63,742 nucleotides of DNA, filler included, from 8 parts of 8 records of this genome joined end to end with filler, not necessarily neighbours in it; one strand, 5' to 3'; shown: positions 10,518 through 20,552, counted from the whole stretch's first letter. Numbers and translations are program-made. The notes: generated by a model from the sequence alone, not told the origin.

Positions 10518-10957
10518 ATGAGAAAGTTTCTGTTTATATCAATTAAACCTGAATTTGCTAATAAAATTCTGAGCAAGAAAAAACGTATTGAACTTAGAAA
10601 AAATAAACCAAGTGCTCGGATTGGTGATTATGTTTTGATTTACTCTACCCAGCCAAAAAAATCTGTAATCGGATTTGCAAAAATTAAAAATATAATTGAT
10701 TGTACCCCAAATGAAATGTGGGAAAATAATGCAGATTATCTTGGAATAGATAAGAATAGATTTTTTAATTATTATAACGGACACAAAAGAGCAATCGGGA
10801 TTGAATTATCTGATGTTTGCAAACTAAAGGTAAGTATTCCACTACAAGAAATTAAGAATACTTATCCAAAGTTTAGTCCCCCCAGACTTATAAATACATT
10901 CCTTATTTTACAGCTATAAAATTTTATAAGGGACATCTTGATTATGCCAGCGCATAG
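10518..10957 (+). CDS. Stand-alone ASCH-domain protein (indel in the C-run at 10878-10883; corrected stop at 10957)
   Basis: FISIKPEFANKILSKKKRIELRK, GDYVLIYSTQPKKSVIG. One extra C restores the typical ASCH ending FSPPQTYKY. Confidence 0.9.
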
Positions 10958-11020
10958 CCATGCACATTAAGCAAACGCACATATCAACCGCACAACCAAA
11001 TTTGCTTAAAGAATATGTCT
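10946..11020. repeat. Structured intergenic hairpin element B (related to A)
   Basis: GCCA-TGCACA-TTAAGCAAA (10967-10975)-25 nt-TTTGCTTAA (11001-11009)-AGAA; perfect 9-bp stem with the same flanks as element A. Confidence 0.6.
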
Positions 11021-11217
11021 TCCTGTGCCATGTGCTGACAGATAATAATACGTACAAAAACACAAAACTGCGCATTAAAAAATTTAGAGGAATGTGCTAT
11101 TTATAAGATCGGCATATTCAAAATAAACAAAAACTGTCTAATGATTTACTTTGAAACGACGAATATTCTAAATATATAACCATGCTTCATTATATAGGAT
11201 CCTGACAAAAATAGAAT

Positions 11218-12440
11218 ATGTGGTTTAAAAAGAAAATAGAATTATTCAATCATCCATTAATTGAAAAGGTGGATAAAGAGTTATCATCAATCTTGAAAGT
11301 TGATTTAATAACATCCAATTTAGAGATTTTGGAACGATTATCTAAGGAAGAACAAAAGCAGAGCGGAATAACATCTTCAGATTTACTCTTAATATATGAG
11401 AAAAAGAAAGAAGAATTGATGAAATTCACATGTTATTGCCACTCAAAAGAATCTAAAATTGAGCATATTGAAGAGTTTGCGAGTTCTGAAGACAGTATTC
11501 AACATAATCCTGATTTAACAAACATCGGATTAAGTAAAGGATTTTCAATTACCTACGCGATTTATTATTACTTTCTATCAAAAGGTGACAATGCAAAGCT
11601 AATGGATTATTTATCAGTTAGGCGAATCCCTTATTATAAAAAATTTCATGAAAGATTGCTTAATTATTTCCATGAATCTAAAGGAGTTATGTTGTCTGAT
11701 TCTTACATTCAATACGTATCAGGGTATCATAAAGAGAATGTTACAATTGAGGATATAGATAAAGCGATAATTGATGTTCAAAAAATGGACAAAGAGCATG
11801 GATTATTTTGGATTTCAAAGTTTGTAGAGAATGAAGAAGAATATGTTATTGAGGTTAATAAAGGATTAAAAATCTCAATTATTTACGAAAAAAAAGTAGA
11901 TATTCAATATAATTCGCAAGATTGGGATGAAGTAAGACTCTTTTTAAAAATGCATATAGATAGAAAATTTGAAGAAATAATTTCTCTTGTTACCGGCAAA
12001 AATGAGATACAGAAAAAAATATGGAGAAATAAATGGCTACATTGTATTAATGAATTAACTTCATTGGAACTCCAAAAAAATCTTGGCTAGATAAAACAAA
12101 TAAAAATCCACATTGGTCTTTTGTCGAATTTATGTGTTGTTATTTTGACGATTTGGTGATTGATGATAACTACAAGATCGAATTAACTGACGGTTGGATT
12201 TCAAAAAGTGAATTTGAAACAATTAAACCTTGGCATGAATTACTAAATAAATATGATTCACCTTGTAATGATGACTATGATGTAGAAGCAATTCTTGCTG
12301 ATAAAAAATGGCAAATGATTATTGAGGAAGGGAAAAAAGCAAAAAGTGAATTATCAAAATTATTGAGTATAGAAGAAAACCAAATTTTAAATGAGGAAAT
12401 TAATTATACCCAATTTATTAAAAAAATAACTAAAGCATAA
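11218..12440 (+). CDS. Hypothetical multi-module protein, possibly immunity-like (ORFs 11218-12090 and 12132-12440 joined by +1 A near 12078)
   Basis: Adding one A to the A7 run gives LELQKKSWLDKTNKNPHWSFVEFMCCYFDDL, continuous with the second ORF; about 407 aa. Confidence 0.6.
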
Positions 12441-12566
12441 TATCTTGTATACGAAATAACAGGCAATGTTGTGGAAATTTAGTTTTTTATTCTACTCAAA
12501 CTGTACAGTGTTAAAGAGAACATCAAGAAATCGTCTACTAACCATTCAATTTAATATCAGAAAAAA

Positions 12567-12723
12567 ATGGAAATAGATTACATTGGCATAAATAAAAAAC
12601 TCTGGAATAATAAAACTGAAATTCACTACAAGTCTGACTTTTATGATGTTGATTCATTCTTAAAAGGCAAAGACTCTTTAAACCAAATTGAGTTGGATTT
12701 GCTTGGAGACATTAGCGAAAAAA
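12567..12723 (+). CDS. Class I SAM-dependent methyltransferase, N-terminal fragment
   Basis: YIGINKKLWN...HYKSDFYDVDSFLKGKDSLNQIELDLLGDI is a typical N-terminus for this family; cut by the contig end. Confidence 0.7.
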
Positions 12724-12823
12724 NNNNNNNNNNNNNNNNNNNNNNNNNNNNNNNNNNNNNNNNNNNNTTAATTAATTAANNNNNNNNNNNNNNNNNNNNN
12801 NNNNNNNNNNNNNNNNNNNNNNN

Positions 12824-14376
12824 GGGGCTTGGAATATTTTAAAGCAAATTATCACACCATAGATAACTTAAATGTTTTTCCTGTGCCTGATGGTGATACA
12901 GGTGTTAACATGCTATTGACATTTCAACCTGCAATTGAAGCAATGTTGGAAAAAGATGATAATACCTTCGACGCCATATTGAGTACCCTGCAGGAAACTT
13001 GTACCATGAACAGTCGTGGTAATTCGGGCTTTATCTTATCACGTTTTGTTTCCGGTTTTACCGAAGTTGTTCTTAAATATGGTGAATTTACACCTGAGAT
13101 CCTGACAGAAGCTTTCAATCATGGGAATTTTCTTTCAAGAACCTCGGTATCAACACCACGTGAAGGTACCATGCTGTCTGTTTTTGAGGCAGTAGCTCAT
13201 GCCATGAAAGAAGCAAAGTCGGAAACGATACTGGATCATTTTACTTTAGCTGTAGATGCCGGAATGAAAGAGGTTTTTATTTCACCTGAGAAGTTACCTG
13301 TGCTTAAAAAAGCAGGGGTTGTAGATTCCGGGGCCTTAGGTTTTGTATTCATCTTGGAAGGTGTCAGACGTAAAATGGCGGGCGAGGGAATTAAGATCGA
13401 AGACGAATCGGAATACCGCTTTGAGCCCGACGAAGATTCAAACATTGAAGAACTGATGGAAATATCTCACCGCTATTGTACGGAATTGACCATACGTCGC
13501 GGTGAAAATAAGATCGAAAAAGATCTGGAAACCTATTTAAATGAGATCGGTGATTCAGTGGCCCTCCTTATTAATGACGATATTATTAAATTACATGTAC
13601 ACACCAATACACCCGATGAGGTTATTGAGGAACTGAGCGTTTACGGATCTGTAGAAAATAAAAAGATCGAAGATATGCAAAAGCAGATCGAAGAAGAATT
13701 CGCTCGCTTTCAGCACGAAAATGAGATCGGAGTTCTGGCGTTGGTCCCGGGTGAAGGTTTCCGTAGTATTTTGCATGATTTTGAGCCTGACTTGGATGTT
13801 CTGGTTTATGGTAAAAATCTTCCAAAGACTGGCGATATTTTGAATCATGTCAATCAAATGCCTTATGACGTGATCATTGTTCTGGCAAACGATAAAAATA
13901 TTATTCCGGCTGTTCAGTTGGTAAAAAAAGAGACCTCAAAACATATTGAGATCTTTCCCAGCAAGAATGTGATCCAGGGTGTAGCCGCGATTATGGGTTT
14001 TGTTAAGAATGCCTCTTGGGAAGAAAATCTTACTCAGATGAATTCTTCCATGGAGTTGGTAGACAGTATCTCGGTATATCAGAGTATTAAAGACTCGAAA
14101 TTCGCCGGTATTGAAATTCCTAATGGACACTACTTTGCAGTGATGAACGGGAATGTGATCGCAGTGGATCCGGCTTTTGATCCGGTGGTTCTAAAAGCTA
14201 TTCGCAGCGCGGAACCGGATATGAGAATGAATATATCTTTCTACTATAACGATAAAGTCGATCCCGAAAAACTTCAGCCCATCACCAAAGAACTTGAGGA
14301 AGAATTTGAAGATCTTGAATTTGATGTGCGCTACGGTGGGCAACACACGGCTTTATTGCTTATCGGATTGGAATAA
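12824..14376 (+). CDS. DAK2-domain fatty-acid kinase subunit (FakA/YloV-like), 5' partial
   Basis: LNVFPVPDGDTGVNM, SRGNSG, GVVDSGALG, YCTE, KLHVHT and GGQ motifs. Confidence 0.93.
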
Positions 14377-14402
14377 TAAAAAAATAATCATTGGAGAATA
14401 AC

Positions 14403-15140
14403 ATGTTTTATCTTGTTTTGGTATCCGGATTGATCCTCGGTTACCTTTCAGGTTCGGTTTCTTATGCCCGCCTTTTTTCAAGAATTGCCAAAGGTGTAGA
14501 TATCACAAGGGTAGGGAACGGTAATCCCGGAACGTCAAATGTGGCAAGAGAAGTGGGTGTTTTCTGGGGTGTTATGACACTGGTATTCGATGCTTTGAAG
14601 GGATCAATGATCATGCTGCTTTACAAATGGCTGTTCTTTTCAGTAGATCCCGTTTGGAGTATCTCTGTTCCTTTTAATGGAGCGGAATTCATTGCTATTC
14701 TGCTTATTGGTATTGCTGCCATTTACGGACATGGATTCCCCGTTTTTTATAAATTCAAAGGCGGCGGGTCCATTGGCGTTCTGTTTGGCTGTTGGCTATT
14801 CCTGATCCTACCGCAATTTTTGATCAATATTGTTATTGCATATATCATTGTAAAAATATTTTTTGGGAAACAAAAATATCCCATGGGTAGAATGACTCCC
14901 TTTGTATTTTTGTTCACTACACCGCTCTATCTTCTTGTAGAAAGCCTTATCTCCAAAGATTGGACTCCTCTTTTTGCCAATTCAGTTCTTTTTGATCATT
15001 GGGGTTGGGGAAATCATTTTCAACTATTCAATGGCAATGGCTGGATGCTGATCGTTGGTATATTGTTATTCGGCATCGCTGTTATTCCCCCGAATTTGAG
15101 ATTGTTGAAGAGCAAGGAGATCCTTGCGGAAAGTGACTAG
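14403..15140 (+). CDS. plsY: Glycerol-3-phosphate acyltransferase PlsY
   Basis: YLSGS, GNGNPGTSNV, DALKG and GHGFPVFYKFKGGGSIG motifs; GGAG RBS before ATG 14403. Confidence 0.88.
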   Translation: MFYLVLVSGLILGYLSGSVSYARLFSRIAKGVDITRVGNGNPGTSNVAREVGVFWGVMTLVFDALKGSMIMLLYKWLFFSVDPVWSISVPFNGAEFIAILLIGIAAIYGHGFPVFYKFKGGGSIGVLFGCWLFLILPQFLINIVIAYIIVKIFFGKQKYPMGRMTPFVFLFTTPLYLLVESLISKDWTPLFANSVLFDHWGWGNHFQLFNGNGWMLIVGILLFGIAVIPPNLRLLKSKEILAESD

Positions 15141-15174
15141 TGATCGGTGACCGGTGATCGGTGACCAGTAAGCA
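15133..15174. repeat. Degenerate heptamer tandem repeat (GTGAYCR-like x6)
   Basis: GTGACTA GTGATCG GTGACCG GTGATCG GTGACCA GTAAGCA. Confidence 0.75.
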
Positions 15175-15194
15175 GAAAAGATTAAAGTAAAAAG

Positions 15195-15220
15195 TAAGGG
15201 CTGAACATGTTCAGCCCTTA
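15195..15220. repeat. Perfect 26-bp palindrome (REP-like, or bidirectional terminator)
   Basis: TAAGGGCTGAACATGTTCAGCCCTTA, between convergent genes. Confidence 0.75.
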
Positions 15221-15264
15221 TTGATTTTTATCAAAAATTATATTCTCAGACTCCAGACTCCAGA

Positions 15265-17295
15265 TCACTTCACCAACAACATCTTCCTGGAATCGATCAC
15301 ATCTCCACCCACCTGAAGAACGGCAATGTACATACCGCTTGGGACGAATGTACAATCCCAACTTTGTGTATATGTACCTGGAACATGGACTTTATTGATC
15401 AGCGTTTGGATGTGTCGTCCATTGATATCATATATTGATAAACGCACATCTGAAGTATGCGTAATATCGTAATTTAAGCTCGTTCTGGCATTGAATGGAT
15501 TGGGGTAGTTGGGATGTAATGCGCTTTTTTCAGGGATCATGGCAACTGCCGGTTCAATCGGGTCTTCTACAGTAAAAGCTTCGATCTCATCAATGAAAAT
15601 AATTCTATCATTTGCTTGTTCATCTGCAGTGAATAGGAGAGCATCAAGTGTTACAAAATCAGACTCTATTATACCGTCTCCCTGAGAATAGCTTTCCCAT
15701 ATGGCCGATGAATCAAGTCTGACACGATATGTATGCCACTGGCCATCTCCCTGAACGGACATATGCATTGATGATTCAAGTTCATATCCCACATCATCGA
15801 TGAGAACGGCAACATTAAGACCTTCCTGGTCTGTTTTTAAAGCAAAGTTAATTTCCGAGTTTCTGGACATTCGCACATTTTCTGTCGGTATGCCACCACC
15901 GGAAAGTAAGCGAATCCTCCAGTCGTCACTTGAGGCGGCATCGTCCTTGATGACAACTTTAAGTGAATGATCGCCTTCAAAGGAAAATTCTGAGCTGGTA
16001 TCACACCAGGATGTATTGTCAATTCCTTTTGATGAGCCACTGTAATCCGGTTGTCTGTAAAAATGACCCACACCTTCTTCAAAATCATCCAGCATCAGAG
16101 AGTCATCCACTTGAAGGAAATTTTCGCGTAAAACGCCCCATAGTTCCGTGTGTTCTTCATCGTAACCCAAAGCCCACATGCCGGTTCCCATTAATCCATA
16201 TGAAAAGACCAGCTTCTCTTTTGCATCAAGTGCTGTCGCATCATTGCACCAGGCTTGGTACCAATCGTCCCCGACCTGATAATAGGTCCAGGGATCTTGG
16301 TATTTGCTCGACCATTGCCTCCCATGAGCACTATACAGATCTTTTGCGGATGCATAAACCACAGAAGATCCTGATGCCAGGGTTGTGGCATTTACATCAT
16401 CACGCTGTGAACTACTAACTTTCCATTTATTACCATAATAGGGGAGACCGAGTATTAATTTTGATTTATCGCATCCACCATATCCTTTATCACTGTTGAC
16501 GATGGTTTGTTCAAGGTTATTGGATGATCCGGTGATCGGAGCGCAAGGTCCTGTTGTGGAAGCGCCGTTCCACCAGTAGGCATATCCCATGATGAAAACG
16601 TAATCGCAGGCATCTACCAGACCGGGAAGATCCCAACCACTCCAATTTACAGCCGGTCCGGCAAAGGAGATCTCCTGTTCTTGCCCGACATTGCTTTTAA
16701 TATAATTTGTCAGACCTTGCATGAAATTATTCATAGGTGCACCACGATCGGCAGTCTGTGGCCCTTCAAAATCAATGTTCACACCATCAAGATTATAAGT
16801 TGTAATAATATTTGCGACGTTTTGATAAAAATTATTTGAAGCTGTGGTACTATTTATTAAAGCATGAATATCATCATCATTGAACTCAACAACACACATG
16901 ATCAATTTGACTCCGTTGGCGTGTGCTGTATTCATCATGCTTGTCCAATTGCTTGGCCAGCCGTTGGGGTACTGAAAAATATTACCCTGAGTATCAACTA
17001 AGAAATCAAACATAGCAATATGAGAAAGCACTGAATAATCGAAGTAGGGAGGTGCGGAAACATATTTCCAGTCCGGTAGATATCCAAAGACAGCACGAGT
17101 AAGTTGGGGTCCCTCAGGATCGCGCTCCTGAAGCGGGTCTACACTTACGGCGCTTATCTTGGAAAGCGGCAAATGTTCTTGATCATTCAGATGCTCTTCC
17201 CATTCGATCTGATGAATGCTTTTATAATGAATATCTTGAGCAAATAATGAAGTAAAAAAGAATAATATTCCTAAAATATAGTGGGGTATTTTCAT
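15265..17295 (-). CDS. Secreted glycoside hydrolase family 18 with an accessory beta-sandwich and a C-terminal Por/FlgD-type sorting domain
   Basis: Signal peptide; LDGVNIDFE, FIMGYAY, LILGLPYYG and GTGMWALGYD motifs; C-terminus LHPNYPNPFN...KMLLVK. Confidence 0.88.
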   Translation of the reverse strand: MKIPHYILGILFFFTSLFAQDIHYKSIHQIEWEEHLNDQEHLPLSKISAVSVDPLQERDPEGPQLTRAVFGYLPDWKYVSAPPYFDYSVLSHIAMFDFLVDTQGNIFQYPNGWPSNWTSMMNTAHANGVKLIMCVVEFNDDDIHALINSTTASNNFYQNVANIITTYNLDGVNIDFEGPQTADRGAPMNNFMQGLTNYIKSNVGQEQEISFAGPAVNWSGWDLPGLVDACDYVFIMGYAYWWNGASTTGPCAPITGSSNNLEQTIVNSDKGYGGCDKSKLILGLPYYGNKWKVSSSQRDDVNATTLASGSSVVYASAKDLYSAHGRQWSSKYQDPWTYYQVGDDWYQAWCNDATALDAKEKLVFSYGLMGTGMWALGYDEEHTELWGVLRENFLQVDDSLMLDDFEEGVGHFYRQPDYSGSSKGIDNTSWCDTSSEFSFEGDHSLKVVIKDDAASSDDWRIRLLSGGGIPTENVRMSRNSEINFALKTDQEGLNVAVLIDDVGYELESSMHMSVQGDGQWHTYRVRLDSSAIWESYSQGDGIIESDFVTLDALLFTADEQANDRIIFIDEIEAFTVEDPIEPAVAMIPEKSALHPNYPNPFNARTSLNYDITHTSDVRLSIYDINGRHIQTLINKVHVPGTYTQSWDCTFVPSGMYIAVLQVGGDVIDSRKMLLVK

Positions 17296-18831
17296 TTAAC
17301 CTATCTTCCAGATTGAGGGAGAACTCTCTTCTTTTTTATAATAACCTTTGCTTCCGGGACCGCCATTGACCTTGGCCGGAACTCCGTCTTCTTCGGTAGC
17401 TTTGAGTAACTTAAGATCGGATAATTTAGAGGGAGTATGGTATAATTCCGGAAGGTTATACGACAAATAAAATCTGCGATAGAATTCTGGATCTTTTTGC
17501 GGTAATATAAAACCCTTGGTCGTCTGCCCGGTTTTAGGATCAAAAGACGCTATGTAAGGGCGTCCGCATTCATCGTCCGGAAATTTACTTGAATAAATGA
17601 ACCATCTTCCGTTTGATGACCATGAGTGATAGCTTTCGGTTTTCTTAGTGTTGATCTTATTTGGAAAATATGAACGGTTTTCTTTCAGATCCAGAATAGC
17701 AATATCAGAGATAGATCTCCAGATGGAAAAAATACCGAAATCGTACAGGGTATACATCAAATAGCGACCATCGGGTGATATTCTTGGGAAGGCAACAGAA
17801 CGGTTCATAGAAGAGGCATCGATCACCATTTCAGGGCTTGACCAAGTATGGGTTGTTATATCGAATTCCACTTTCATCAGATCATACTGGATCTTGGTTA
17901 AGTCTTCATGGTCCATGGCATCTATTGCATCGGCCCGACAATAATAAATGGTTTTACCATCATCCGCCCAATAGGGATAAGTTTCCCAGTAGTCACTATT
18001 AAAAACACCTTTGTCGGTATAGAATTCATTGTTTTCCAGACTGTATACAACAAGATCAGATTTGCTGTCCGCACCATTGATCAAATGAACGCTGCTTTGA
18101 TTCACATCCCGTCCATTGACAGAATTCACCGAGAAAACAATATATTTTCCATTCGGATGCCACCAGGCATATCCGACACTGGGATAAAGATCGTAGATCT
18201 TGGGTGCGATCTTTCTGATCTCATCACCCTGAATAATATAAGTACCATTCGCTTTGCCGGCTCTTACATGGAACATGAAATTGTTTGCATCGTGTGCTGA
18301 TACATGATGGCAGTTCAGACAACTGTTGTCTATGGATTTATTTTCCAGGATCACTGTTTCTTTAAATGAGCTAAGATCACGTTGGTATAATCCCATGTCT
18401 TTCCAATCACCCGTATGCGGGTAGATCAGGCGATAGCTCATGTATTGGTCGATCGGAAATTCTGATATTATATTTTGAATGGCAGGATACGCTGTCCATG
18501 TGCCTTCATTTTTGACAAAAATTTCAATTTCTAAAGTTTTGCCTTTATTATCGGAGATCAGACGTTTCCACTTTTTTTGAGGAATGCGTATTTTGCCTTT
18601 TCTGGATGTGACCTTAATTTGGCTTGTTCCCTCAATTGAAAAATCAGCCTTATAAAGTTCTCCTTTTTCAAGAACAGAAAAATTCATTGCTGTAATATTG
18701 CAGGGAATACTTATATCTGTATAGTCAGGGAAGATCGAAATATTTTGTTTTGATTTATCGGCATTTTCATAATTCGAACAAGAACTTATGAATAATACTA
18801 TTATGAGTGTGAAAGCAAATACTCTTTTCAT
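17296..18831 (-). CDS. TolB-like (PD40) beta-propeller lipoprotein with a CxxCH motif
   Basis: Lipobox FISSC; CLNCH; repeats WHPNGKYIVFS, FPRISPDGRYLMY, ESYHSWSSNGRWFIYSS. ATG overlaps the upstream TGA. Confidence 0.82.
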   Translation of the reverse strand: MKRVFAFTLIIVLFISSCSNYENADKSKQNISIFPDYTDISIPCNITAMNFSVLEKGELYKADFSIEGTSQIKVTSRKGKIRIPQKKWKRLISDNKGKTLEIEIFVKNEGTWTAYPAIQNIISEFPIDQYMSYRLIYPHTGDWKDMGLYQRDLSSFKETVILENKSIDNSCLNCHHVSAHDANNFMFHVRAGKANGTYIIQGDEIRKIAPKIYDLYPSVGYAWWHPNGKYIVFSVNSVNGRDVNQSSVHLINGADSKSDLVVYSLENNEFYTDKGVFNSDYWETYPYWADDGKTIYYCRADAIDAMDHEDLTKIQYDLMKVEFDITTHTWSSPEMVIDASSMNRSVAFPRISPDGRYLMYTLYDFGIFSIWRSISDIAILDLKENRSYFPNKINTKKTESYHSWSSNGRWFIYSSKFPDDECGRPYIASFDPKTGQTTKGFILPQKDPEFYRRFYLSYNLPELYHTPSKLSDLKLLKATEEDGVPAKVNGGPGSKGYYKKEESSPSIWKIG

Positions 18832-20552
18832 TTGGTATCCTTGCTTTTTTGAGTGAAGAACCAATAAAGCAGATACATTCCCTCAAATGATTCTTCGTAA
18901 TTTGATAGTATCGCTTGCTTATCTTGTGAAAATTTTGCCCCGAAATCATAAAAACGTTTTATGGTCTTTTGATCTGGTCTTACTCCTTCAAGATCGATCC
19001 TTTCATTCGGGTAACCCAATTGGTAGATGAGCAAAGCTTCCTGATAGTGTTTCGGAAGGGTCTTGTGCTTCAGCTCTCCCAAAACCCAAACATTATCAAC
19101 CAAAAATGCCGGTTGTTTTTGTAATAGATTGTAAGCGCATAGATAATTGAATGCAATCGCATTTAGCGGGTTTTGTTCAAGAAGTGTAAGCAGGTTATTT
19201 GCCGGATCATATGAAATGACACGATCTTGTTTTGGGGAATATTTTCTTTGTTTGGAAAATTCGTTTTTATATGCCACCGGATCTATAATTGCGTTTCTAT
19301 ATTTCATTGCCCATTTTCTATGGAATAAGGTGTGCTCCAAAAGATAAAGATATTTATCTGCACTTTGGAAATATCCTTCAGCCAGAAGGCATTTAATCTT
19401 TAATTTTGTATAAATGGGGGAGATCCCATTGAAAACAATACCATCACTTGCTATTCTGTGAGCCTTATCAAAATATCCTATTTCAAAGTATAGATCACCT
19501 AAAAATGGGAATTCGCGAATTTTTCGGTGTTTAACAATTTCGTAGGGATTGGGTAACAATCCATCGGGACCATAAGCCTGAGGAAAAGTGAACATATCAT
19601 CGAGGAGTCGATTTTCTTTGGCAAGCGCATAATTCATATATAGCGTTTGGATCTTGTTCTCAGGTGATCTTTTCTCGGCCTCCTGAATGATTTTTTTATA
19701 ATTATCATTCTTGATATAGGCTCGCCAGCGTTCAGTGGTTCTTTCACCATCACTTAGATTGATGATCGTGATAAGAACAAACAGTAACAAAGTAGCAAAT
19801 GCATTAAGAGCATGAAGTCCGGAATATTCTTTTTTGGGTAAGCGGTCGAAAAGTAACACGCCGATACCAATAACAAAAAATGCGATTCCCCACGCAGAAT
19901 CAAAAGGCAGGGTGCCGAAAAGCATGTCTTTGATACCCATGGTCCATATAAAACGTTGTGCGATCAAGCCCAGAACCGCGGCATATCCAATAAAGAAATG
20001 TAAGGTGCCTGAGAATTTACGCTCACCGAATGCATCCCTGAAAATGATCATGATCACATATAACCAGACCCAGGAACCCGCGGCGAAAATTAGTATAGGT
20101 AGGACAATAAACCGGCTGAGCCATAGTTGAATGTTTCCCTCGAGTTTTTCTTGATCATTGAAAGCATTCAATATCATACTGAAGGCTACAATATGGACCA
20201 AAGCACCTTCGGTTAAACTGAACAGAGCCAATGACAACACCCACAGTAAGATACCGGGTGTGGCGTTATTTCTGCTTAGATAAAATGAGCGGTAAACTAA
20301 AGTGCTAACAAGAAGTGACAATATTAATGAACCCAACCAGGGATTGATATAAAATTGTGAAACAAACTGGGCGAAAAGTTCAGATATGCCGCCGTAGGAA
20401 CTAAAATATTCAAGCAGATATTCTTTGGTGTAAAGCAATACTTGTTCATGATCTAAGCGGAAAGAGATCAAATGCGAAGCGGAAATCCTGAACCAGAAAA
20501 ATGAAATGATGAAAATGATGAATCCCATAGGATTGAAGGTTTGTTTTTTCAT
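18828..20552 (-). CDS. DUF6057-family membrane protein (multi-TM plus TPR-like soluble domain)
   Basis: GGISELFAQFVSQFY, NYALAK...LLDDMFTFPQ, AFNYLCAYNLL and LPKHYQEALLIY motifs; usual partner of the TolB-like gene. Confidence 0.75.
   Translation of the reverse strand: MKKQTFNPMGFIIFIISFFWFRISASHLISFRLDHEQVLLYTKEYLLEYFSSYGGISELFAQFVSQFYINPWLGSLILSLLVSTLVYRSFYLSRNNATPGILLWVLSLALFSLTEGALVHIVAFSMILNAFNDQEKLEGNIQLWLSRFIVLPILIFAAGSWVWLYVIMIIFRDAFGERKFSGTLHFFIGYAAVLGLIAQRFIWTMGIKDMLFGTLPFDSAWGIAFFVIGIGVLLFDRLPKKEYSGLHALNAFATLLLFVLITIINLSDGERTTERWRAYIKNDNYKKIIQEAEKRSPENKIQTLYMNYALAKENRLLDDMFTFPQAYGPDGLLPNPYEIVKHRKIREFPFLGDLYFEIGYFDKAHRIASDGIVFNGISPIYTKLKIKCLLAEGYFQSADKYLYLLEHTLFHRKWAMKYRNAIIDPVAYKNEFSKQRKYSPKQDRVISYDPANNLLTLLEQNPLNAIAFNYLCAYNLLQKQPAFLVDNVWVLGELKHKTLPKHYQEALLIYQLGYPNERIDLEGVRPDQKTIKRFYDFGAKFSQDKQAILSNYEESFEGMYLLYWFFTQKSKDTK

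Noticed and set aside
15133-15174. Short repeats as a possible CRISPR array
   Set aside because: 7-nt tandem units without spacers; no cas genes anywhere in the window.
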